A model generated the notes under the pieces. The model did not search any database. It was not told the origin of the DNA and saw only the letters and a list, made by a program, of their open reading frames with translations. A stretch of 48,186 nucleotides of DNA from Kipferlia bialata (lineage: Eukaryota): NCBI GenBank assembly GCA_003568945.1, contig BDIP01000012.1, forward strand, positions 1 through 48,186, in the 5' to 3' direction. The translations under genes were made by a program, and so were the position numbers. This document shows, piece by piece, positions 13,801-26,051 of this stretch (its first letter is position 1; every line of letters begins with the position of its first letter).

Positions 13801-16634
13801 TACCTGGAATGTGCAGCAACACTCTGCTGAATAGTGTCCTCTCCGATGAGAACTTGGCGTGGATCTGGGTGTTGACCTCTCCAGCTGGGAAGACCTGGGG
13901 TTAGAAGGGTATATTCATACACTAGTAGCAACATACACAACTATACTACTTGGGCAAGAATACAGATGGAGGTACCACCATGTCTATGTCCTCCCCGTCA
14001 TTCCCCTCACAATAGTATAGGTATACAACAGTATATAATTGTAAATACACATAGGTATACTCACCTTGAATGGGGGTACCACCATGTCTATGTCCTCCCC
14101 GTCCTTCCTGTCTATACAGGATAGTATACACGAACTAGTGTATCAATATATATTTATATATATATATATACATAGATATGCACCTTGAATGGTGGCACCA
14201 CCATGTCGATATCCTCCCCATCCTTCCTGTCAGACAGGGGCAGCACAAGGCCAGAGGGAAGGCCACAGGCCACCAGGACAGCGAATCTACATGTGAGTAT
14301 ACACACAATATAGAAGTATGTATATATATGCGTATATCTAGACAAGGCCAGAGGGAAGGCCACATGCTACAAGCACAGCAAACCTATTAATCAGTACATA
14401 GAGTAGTAACACAGAGTATAGAGTAACTATCGAGAGGAAAGAAGAATATTAATGTGGGTATTTGAGCAGCACACCTCACAAATGCCGCAATCTTCTGGTC
14501 GAGGGTGGGCAGGGCAAGCGCGGCCCAGATGGCCTGGGGGTGAGGTATACTTCCCTCTCAATCTCTCCGGCTCTCAATCGATACATATATATGCACATGC
14601 GCCTTCAACCGTCAATACATACCTCCTGCATGGGTGACTCGTGTGCCTGTGACACCCCTAGGCCATGGAGGAGGAGGTTGAGGTCAAGGACAAGCCTGAG
14701 TTGAGTCTTATCGGGATACAATACTGAGATATTATAATATATGAATTAAGATATATATACATATATACATATATATGGAGGAAGAGGTTGAGGTCATTGA
14801 CAAGCCTAAGGTGAGCCTCTTCGGGACATGGTAATACACTATAGTCCATACAATACCTATGCAGGTATCTCTCGTGGTCAGAATGACGCACTGACTCTCT
14901 ATACTCATTCAAATATAAATACATATATAGTATCCCTCACCTAGGCAAGTAACGTTCATGGTCACTGCCAAAGAATGATGCGCTGGCCTCTGACACTGAC
15001 GACTGGGACTCACACTGGGACTGGTCAAGGGACATGGCACTTCGAAGGCTACCGTGTGACCTAGAGATCAGTTAGTAATATACCGCATTATATAATAATA
15101 TATTGAGCCACCCATATACAGTTCATATGGTCCGTCTCCTTATATTTGTACATGTTACACAATTGTGTGAGTAGTACCTGCGGCAATCGAGACTGCCTGT
15201 CTCCCACGCATCCTGTCTCTCTCTCTCTATATATATATGTGTGTGTGTGTGTGTGAGCAGTTACCTGTGGCTATCGAGACTGCCTGTCTCCCATGCGTCC
15301 TGTCTAGACCTAGACGAGGACATCCCCTTGGACTCCCTGCTACTGTCAACAGAGGAGAGGAGCACCTGCTGGCCCATGGCCTTCTGCCTAATTCTACGCG
15401 ATTGCTTCGCGTAGCCCGCAGAAGCGATCTGACTCAGGGTCACGTTGTAGGCTAGGACTTGGAAGAGGAGCTTGGCGGCCTTGGAGACCTATGGTCAGTA
15501 TCAGCAGAAGTTTTGATACATGATGTATCTGTGACATACACACACATATATACAAGCCTCTGTCTGATCGTGGTTGATGAATGACATGGTCATGGTGGGG
15601 ACAGTCATAAATATATATATATAAATATATATACTAATGTATCTAATATATTCTAGTACATATATATATATATATATATATACATACCTCTGTCTGGTCG
15701 TGGTTGATGAATGACATGGTCATGGTGGGGACAGTCAGCTGTCGGAGGCCACTCCCAATGCCTGATGATAAGTGATATATACAGGTGATAACGTCACTGT
15801 ACTGATATACTATACTATACCAATACACATATGAATCCATGCCTATATCTTCCACCGTCTGTGCCACTGTGTTGTTGACAGCCATATACACATACACAGT
15901 ATATATATATGCCCACTGTAAACTATTATCCATTAATATATATATATATATATACCAATACTCTACCTATGTCCTCCGCCGTCTGTGCCACTGTGTTGTT
16001 GACAGCCATCCAGCACTCAGTATATACACCCATTATACTATTAGCCATATATTTATATATATATATATATCAATAGTTACCTATATCCTCGACCGTCTGT
16101 GCCACTGTGTTGTTGACAGCCATCCAGCACTCAGTCTGGACAGCAGTGGAGAGGAGAGTAGGCACAATCTAGGGTGAGGATAGAGAATACATATATATAT
16201 ACATAGTATAGAGAAATATATGTAAGTATATCCAACACTCAGTCTGGACAGCGGTGCTCAACAAGGTGGGGACAATCTAGCATCAGGGAATATATGGTAT
16301 ATGCATGTATATATCATGGTATATGTATTACAATGTATGTATATCCAGCACTCAGTCTGGACAGCGGTGGATAGCAGGGTGGGGACAATCTAGGATCAGG
16401 GAATATATATATGGAGAGAGTATAGTATATGTATAGTATACATATAGAGAGAGAGGGAGAGTATGTGAATATCCAGCACTCAGTCTGCGATGCAGTACTC
16501 AATAGAGTGGGGACAATCTAGGATCAGTATATGGAGTATATACACTTCATAATAGATACATGCAATATAACATATACTCGCATACACCCACCTCTGGGTG
16601 TTCCACTTCCAGGTATATATCAATATACACACAC

Positions 16635-16670
<36 letters not shown>

Positions 16671-17018
16671 CCCCACATCAAGGTGGTCCAGCACCCCCCA
16701 GTAGTTTATCTTGTAGCCATAATTGACATATATATTGAGTAGTACAATACCTCTGGATGTTCCACATCTAAGTGGTCCAGCACATCCTTGAGAGGATACT
16801 GACTGTGCAAGAGGGGGGCAAAACAGTCACTGACGAAGTAATAAGACTGAGGTAAGAGATAGAGAGAAAATGAACGACTATATATAGTATAATGTATAAC
16901 GTATATACTGTACAGTATGTATGACTGTGCAAGAGGGGGGCAAAGCAGTCTGACACGAAATAGTATGACTGGGGTGAGGGTATATATGCATTGTATATAT
17001 AGTATATGTTTATGGCAA

Positions 17019-17051
<33 letters not shown>

Positions 17052-18891
17052 TAAATATATGACTGTGCAACAGAGGCGCAAAGCAGTCACTGACGAAGTA
17101 GTATGACTGGGGTAAGACGCAGACACTATATACATTATGAGAGTATATACTATATATAAATATCCCCCTTATTACCTTAGGCGCTGGTGCCCCAGGTCCA
17201 CTGTGCAGTGCGGTTAGGATGTCAGACCAGATACGCCTCTCATCGGGGAGCACAGTGATCCTGATGGCTTAGGACGCAATGTATATTGAATGTATCCCAT
17301 ATATATCCGATATACAGTTCATATTCTCTCATCTGATCCTGATGGCTTAGTATTCTGTCAATACATATTGCACATAAGGTATACTATATATAATCTATAC
17401 TGTCAACTCTACCTCAGTATCTCCTCCCTGCCACTTATCATATTACTATCTCAAATTTACTGACTGACGCTTGGTATCCAATACATATATACAATTTTGG
17501 TATCAATAATGCAGACTCCCTACCTCAGTATCTCCTCCCTGCCACTGACCAGGTGCCCGAGTCCTGCCTGGGGTCAGTTTAGACCTATGTATATACATAT
17601 ATGAATGTACATACATAAACACACGCATATTAATCAATGTATACATATAACTGACCAGATGCCCTAGTGCTGCCCGATGTCAGTGTCAGTGTCAGTGATA
17701 TGATATATATATGTCTATATATATAGATAGAGAGAGAGAGAGATAGAGAGACATGCCTTGAACATTGGTGCCAGACACTTGAGGGCCAGTACCAGTATCA
17801 GATGTATGTATGTATATATATATATATAGATACATATATATATATATATAGATACATATATATATATATACATATATATATGTATATATCTGATATATCT
17901 ACATATGTTTACATGCCTTGAACATGGGTGCCAGACACTTAAGTGCCTCCTTCTTCTCATCGGAGGAGAAGAGCTTCCCTGATATCCTCATTCCTGACAT
18001 TAAAATATGTACACACACACACACACATATATGTATATACATATATATATATACATATAACTGTTCTCATCGGAGGAGAAGAGCCGCCCTGAGATGCGCA
18101 TACCTGACGTTACAATAGGTTTAGATATATAGTACTATACTGTGGTAGGATATACGTGGAGAAGATACCACCACACCTGACACAAACAGGTTTGTGGCTG
18201 TGATGTAGTACATTCTGGGTATATATATGTATATACTAATATGCGTGTGTGTGTATACAAATAATCCATACTGAGGTACCTGACACAAACAGGTTTGTGG
18301 CTGTGATGTAGTACATTCTGGGGTCCTTCTTGGTAGCCAGTAGGCCCAGTCTCCGAACACTGTCTAAGATACGCAGGGGTGACATATCCAGGAAGTCACA
18401 CATAGCCAGCAGTACATTGAGCAATGCGCCTCTATAGGCAGGTGGGCTCTTGGGGTCCATGGGCATGGTGGCCAGGAGACTCTCCACTAGGCCAATGTCT
18501 ATAAGCTGGTCGGCGTTGAGAGTGACAGCGAAGGAGGCTATGCTGCGTACCAGGGGTGTCTTTGTGGATAGGTCTAGGTGTGTCTCTGCTAGGAGAGTGA
18601 TGCCCTCAAGTCTAGCGGGGGAGAAGGCACTGGCAAGTCCATCATTCTGATGTGTAAGTGAAAGCATATAAAATTACTTAGGAATATTTAGTAGTGATAT
18701 TACTTGGGAAGATGAGGAGAAGACACTGGGTTGGAACAATACCTGGTATATATATATAGAGAGAGAGCGAGAGAGAGAGAGTACCTGCTCAGTAGGCAGG
18801 CTCTTGGACCTAATGTCCCCCATTGACCAAATATCACTGCCAGTGTTGAGGTTGACAGCTGAGGCTGTACGAGATGCAAGGGTTCTGACTG

Positions 18892-18926
<35 letters not shown>

Positions 18927-21900
18927 AATGCTCAGGTTGACAGCTGAGGCTGTACGAGATGCAAGGGTCCTGAAAGTGAACTAGTAAACAAATACAAGCA
19001 TGAATATACATGCTAGTAAAATTGTACCTTATCACAGGGTGAGACAAGAGCTCCTCCACCGAGTGTACTTCATCCTGCAGACATATATATACATAGTGAC
19101 ACACATATATATGGAAGTACCTTATCACAGGATGCGAAAGCAGTTCCTCCACCGAGTGTACTTCATCCTGCAGACATGCCACCAGGCCATTGTATATATA
19201 TATATACATATATATATACACATATATATGATAGTTAGATACCTAATGACAGGATGAGACAGCAACTCTTCGACAGAGTGTACTTCATCCTGCAGACATG
19301 CCACCAGGCCATTGGCGAAGAGGGGCACGATGGACCCATCTGCTGCCCTGGTGACATGGTTGGACAGGCCATCAAGCCTAGGGTTAGTATATGAGTATAC
19401 CATATACATATATATACAGAGAGACCATCAAGCCTGAATATCAGTAGAATACTGTATGGTAACGTATATAGTGATATGTGTATTGTATGGATATCCATCT
19501 GCTGCCCTGGTGACATGGTTGGACAGGCCATCTAATCTATATATCAGTATACTGTATGGTATTATAGACCATCTAACCTGTATATCAGTGGATGGCAGTA
19601 TACTATATATGTATATATACATATGTAGTAATTAATATACATACCTTGAGTATAATAGTATTATTAATAATGAAAATAGCCTGGAATGAGATTGCATATA
19701 TTTATACTATTCATAACCTGAGTATATGAATATGTATATATGTATACATACCTCCCCCCACAGACACACCTATCACAGTCTGGTTCCAATATAGCAGTAC
19801 AACCATATACAATTCATATATAGAGAGTGTATCTGTATTTGTATATATATATGTATATATATGCATACCAAGAAAGATATACCTGGAATGAGATTGCATA
19901 TATGTATACAATATATACAATTCATAACCTGAGTATATGAATATGTACATGTTTATGTATATAATACCTTCCACCGACAGATACATCTGTCACTGTCTGG
20001 ATGTATGATGGCAAGTGAAGCATTGTGGGAGATACATTAATACATATACTGTGTGTACAATTACCTTCCACCGACAGATACATCTGTCACTGTCTGGATG
20101 TATGAGTATAGTATCAGTATTACACACAGAGAGATATACCTTCCCCCGACAGATACATCTGTCACTGTCTGTATGTATGATGGCAGCAGGTTGGTGGCTG
20201 CGGCACAGGCCCAGCTCTTGCCAACACTCCTGGGGGTGAAATGAGGGTGTAGGGTGAGAGGGGGGGGGGAGAGAGTGGGCATGAGGGCATAGGGGGAGAC
20301 GGATAAGATGAAACTATTGTTGATCTTCAGTAGAGAGGGAGGGAGAGAGAGAGAGCGCCGTACCCAGTGGAGTTGAAACTATTGTTGATCTTCAGTAGAG
20401 AGGGAGGGAGAGAGAGAGAGAGTCATACCTAGTTGAGTTTATGATACATGGCACTCCGAATGTCATGCATGCTGCCATGATATGGGCAAAGGCACGGTTG
20501 GTGGTGGTGATGACAGGGGCGATGCTCCATCTACGGGTCAGAGGCGGGAGAGAGAGGTGGGGGGAGAACGAGAGAGAGAGAGAGAGTGTAGATATATTAG
20601 TATATATATATATATATATACACCTTGGGTGTGTCATGAAGAAGTCGTCAGTCTCCATGGGGTCTCTAAGAGTGTATGTCTCCAGTTCACAGGTGGATGC
20701 GTTGTATCTCAGAGGCTCGTATGCACATGGGTCCAGGCCCTCGGGGAAGCACCGCTCCAGGGTCTGCTCCTGGGGTTAGGGATACTACTAATAGTACAAC
20801 TACGCTTAGGAATACTATATATATACATCCCGCAGATAGTATATAGTATACAATATACTACAGAACTGTATTTAAGGAAACACCGCTCCAGGGTCTGCTC
20901 CTGGGGTTGAAGATACATATACAACACTACACATATAGATAAATATAAATGTATATACCTATATAGTGTGTAGAATATACAATACCGGTCGAGGATCTGC
21001 TGCTGGGGATAGTAATTACTAGTACAATAGCTACTATATATAGTATATACCGAACCCACCTTCAGCATAGCAAACCCAGGGTGCACCGCCCACAGAGACC
21101 TCAGAGGAATATATACTATGCAGTATTTACGATACATGTACAATATATAGTGTATACTGAACCCACCTTCAGCATAGCAAAGCCTGGGTGCACGGCCCTC
21201 AGGGACCTCAGAGCATGCTCCTGGGAGGTTAGGGGTAGAGGGTTAATAGCACGTACTCATGCCTTCATATATACATATATACCATGATACATACCTGTGT
21301 GGTGATTCCCAGCATGTGCTCATACTCGCCGAGAGTCAATAACTATATATACATATATATACATTTACATACACAATCATATCTTCTGTAACATATACTC
21401 GTATTATATATAAATACTTACACAAACATATCTTCTATAACCTGTACTATGTATTCACCTGTGTAGTAATACCCAGCATGTGCTCATACTCCCCACCAAA
21501 GTCAATATATAGATGCCCAGCATGTGCTCATACTCGCCCCCAAATGCTGCCTGTACAGCAGTGAGCAGAGTGTATGAGGTGTACACAGTGGCAAACCCGA
21601 CCATAAACAGTGCGATTGTGTGTCCAAGGGGTGAGTTATCTCCATATGATGTGAAGAAGTCGGTGGAAGGGACAATGCTTAGGACTGGACCGACGTTGGG
21701 AAGACCAAAGAGTGTAGGCTCCACGTGTGGTTGGGATGCATGGATTACGCCCTCCTTGGCACGGGAGATGTCAATGTCAACCTTGTGTTATAGTATAGTA
21801 TATATAGTACAGTACTATAGTATGACATATACAGAATACATGATGACGCCCTCCTTGGCACGGGAGATGTCAATGTCAACCTGGGGTGTAAGGTCATATA

Positions 21901-23128
21901 ATACGGGTTTATACTATGTAGATATGTATGTCTTTACATATATGTATGTGTGTGTGAATATGGACTATTGTATACCTTTGTGGGTGTCAGTGTCATGATG
22001 CCCTGCTCATATATCTATCAATCTATATCGATATATACATGTGGATATATATGGATAGATGTATATGAAATATATATGAATGAAGATACCTTGGTGGGTG
22101 TCAGTGTCATGATACCCTGCTCAGACAGGAGCCACCACATAGCTGCCTGGGGTAAGCGTGGACATCGTGTAGAAAGGCAGACATTCCGTTGAAATACACA
22201 TATTTTACCTGTACGAAGGATCCCTCGCAGGAGCTCAGATTCACATCGAGAACCTCCAAGAAACGGCCAATCACACCGAAGAAGTACTTGACGGAGTCCT
22301 GAGGTATTAGATCATTACACAAACAACTACCAATACTCACAAAGGTAAATAAAAGAAGATACTGAGATGCATCTATATACATGCATTGATACCTGGCTGT
22401 TGAGGTCTGGCTGTTCCCCACTATAAATATATATATATATTTATAACAAATACACTGTTCTAATAGTAACAATACCTGGCTGTTGAGGTCTGGTTCCACC
22501 CCAGTGTGCAGGGCCAGTGACTGTCTGAATGCACCTGGTGTCATATATAGCTTGACAGTATGGATAAACTAGTTACTATACAAAGATTAATACATACCTG
22601 GTGTATACACCATGCCATAGTTAACCACCATGGTATGCAGCTTGAAGTAGGTGTGCGAGGGGAGACCCGTGCTGATGTAGACAGTACGCATAGGTGGGGC
22701 AGCCTTGCTCAGCATAGCTAGTCTCAGGTGATTCTCCTCCCCATAACCCCCTAATGCCTGACCCTTGGGGTCGAAGGACATGTCGAGCAGCATCCACTCA
22801 CGCTCCTCCCCACTTCCCTTGGCCCTATGCTTGAGAGAGCGCTGTGCCGCTATGGGGTCACGGTGGAAGGAGGTGGATGCGCCGCATAGCTTGGCTGCCT
22901 CCTCTACAATAGCCTTCGCAGTATGGAGACAGGGTGTGTACACCCACATAGACTCACCGGGGGCGTCGAGGAGAGCCGATAGCCACTTGGTGGCGTATAC
23001 GCCCTCACCTGTCAGTATGCCCTGTCCCTCACCAAAGTCAGGGGGTGGCTCATCCCTCTCATTGTCAATGGAGGAGCCAAAGGCGGCGCTGACAGCGCCT
23101 ACTGTTAGTACAACATATACAAACATGC

Positions 23129-23159
<31 letters not shown>

Positions 23160-23344
23160 TGGGGCTCATCCCTCTCATTGTCGATGGAGGAGCCAAAGGC
23201 GGCAGAGACTGCGCCTACTGTTAGTATATCATATGCATAATATAATATATAGATATATATAGAGAGAGAGAGATGGGGCTCATCTCTCTCATTGTCAATG
23301 GAGGAGCCGAAGGCGGCAGAGACTGCGCCTGGGGTTAGCCATAC

Positions 23345-23382
<38 letters not shown>

Positions 23383-23425
23383 GAGCCAAAGGCGGCGCTG
23401 ACAGCACCTAGTGTTAGTACAACAT

Positions 23426-23458
<33 letters not shown>

Positions 23459-26019
23459 AAGAGAGAGATGGGGGGAGTCTACCAGTATACAATGTATATA
23501 TATATACGTAGTACCTAGGACACCCTCCCTCTCGTATATACGTATATATACATACCTAGTACTCCCTCTCTCTCGTATGGGTTGAAGGACATGGCCATGT
23601 ACTTGTACACAGCAGTCTCGGGGGAGTCTCCCATGTCGATATCATCGTGTGACTCAGAGTCCTCGTCTGCTACGCGATCACCATCATCGCCCTTGTATCT
23701 AATAGCCATGGCAATGGCAACTGGGGGTGAGAGAGGAAGAGAGAGAGAGAGAGAGAACTCTGGTATCTGATGGCCATGGCAATGGCAACTGGGGGTGAGA
23801 GAAAGAGGGAGAGAGAGAGAGAGAGAGAGCTCTTGTATCTGATGGCCATGGCTATGGCAACTGGAGGTAAGAGAGAAGGGGATATAGAGAGAGAGGGAGA
23901 AGGAGAGTCAGACAGAGAGAGGGAACTATGAGACTCACCATCCGACGGGTCTAAGAATATGGATGGGTCTGCCTCTGCATATGTGGTTCTGAGGGCAAGG
24001 CAGGGCTTTCCAGTGACCTTGGGGATTAGTATCCTACTATATACATATGTATATTAATGTACTAGAAAAACTCTATATATACGTTCACATAGGTACCTTG
24101 GGGATGAACCTCAGCTTGTCAGGTGGCGGACGGACGTCAATGTATCTGGAGTGAGTACCATTATACATACATGAACTGTAGCATACATAATCTTGTGTTC
24201 CTTCCAGTCACATACTAGTAGATAGAATGCAATGTATACATAAGAGTTACTAGCATAGAACAAGTATAGTACAGTACAGTGTATCGATATACAAATATAC
24301 CTGATAGGTGTGTTTCTAGGCAAGTGGGGTGGCACAGCAAAGCTACCAGATGGCAGCACGGGTAGGAACAGGACCAGTCCACCTGAGGGTTAGTGCATAT
24401 GTAGTATATATATACATATACATATATAGGACCAGTCCACCTATGGTGTGCTCTGAGGCATGGGGGGTGGCAGAGCCCAGGGGGTTCCTGACAATGCAGA
24501 GATCGGAGTCAGCCACCTAGTGTGAGCCAGATAGAGAGAGAGAGAGAGAGAGGACATGGGGCGTGGCAGAGCCAAGGGGGTTCCCGACTATACAGAGACC
24601 GGAATCAGCAACCTGAGGGTTAGTGGTATGATCTATGTATACACAAATATATAAAAATATATAGGGAGAGAGAGAGAGAGATGGGGCTTGTCAGAGACAG
24701 AGGGTGACGATGCTGAGGTCAGAGTCTATGACCTCTGTTTGTGAATGAATGGTAAAGGTACGTACCTTAGAGTGTGGTGTATTGGGCCCACTTGCGTATG
24801 GCAGCTCTCCCCCTGCCTCCATCGTGTATGCTATGTCCATGATGACACTCAGATGGGCAGGGGAGGCATTCTCAGCACCAAGCAGATAGACAAGGTGTCC
24901 TAGGGTCATTGGAAGGAAGAATGGGGGATAATATATATATTCATATTTAGTATATATACAAATAGTTATGCTGAGGGGAGGCATTCTCAGCACCTAGGAG
25001 GTAGACAAGATGGCCTGGTATAATTGTATACAAGAGGCAGAAAACACGACACTCATATACTATATACATATGCTATATACATATACGTAATCAGACATTC
25101 TCGGCACCAAGGAGGTAGACTAGGTGGCCTGGGGTTAATCGGAAGTAGAACATAAGACTAAGTTGCCAATACACACTATTCATACCCTCTAACAGCATGT
25201 TTGATATGGCACATGCCATGGGCATCGGAGTATATACACATATACTGTGAATATAGAGATATATCCATACCTACAGTGATACCCTTAGCAACCAGTGCCC
25301 CCAGCTGTGCACTCGACCCATCGGTGTCAAGGAGGGGGGTCACCTGGTCTAGGTTCATAGAGGCAGCTGGGGGTGTTAGAGAGAGAGAGAGAGAGAGAGA
25401 GAGCTAGGTTCATAGAGGCAGCTAAAGTTAGTATACATTTTAGGAAGAACCAAAAGAGAATTGTATAGGTGTATCTAGCAAGGGTGTGACCTGGTCAAGG
25501 TTCATCTGGGCAGCTGAGGGGTTAGACAATGAGGTCTTAAGATAGTAATTACACCATGATATAGAGAGTACTATAAAGTATATCTATCTGCATCTAGGAG
25601 AGGAGTCACCTGGTCAAGGTTCAGAAAAGCGGCTGAAGGGGAGATAATGTACTGTAATACCTACACATACACACAATGTATGGTGAATATATACACCTTC
25701 CCGGTAGTTGAGTAGCTCTCTCTTCCAGTCAACATCTCTCTCTCTCCCTCTCTCCATATATATATGTGTATGTATATACATATATACCTTCACCGTAGTT
25801 AAACAGCTCCCGTGGGTTAACCCCTTCCATCCAGTCATGTACAGTGATATATATATATATATACATATATGTATACATATAAATACATAATTTTGTTATA
25901 TTAACACCAACCTTCACCGTAATTGAGTAGCTCTCCTAGGTTGACCCCTCCCATCCAGTCATGCACCACGTGTCTGTGATGTACACCTAGAGAGGAGAAG
26001 CAGAGAGGTGCCTAGGGTG

Positions 26020-26051
<32 letters not shown>

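Noticed and set aside
18704..18742. Possible 39-nt exon VLFQPSVFSSSSQ
   Set aside because: In frame, but there is no branch-point motif before the AG and the donor is weak; not needed for phase; left uncalled
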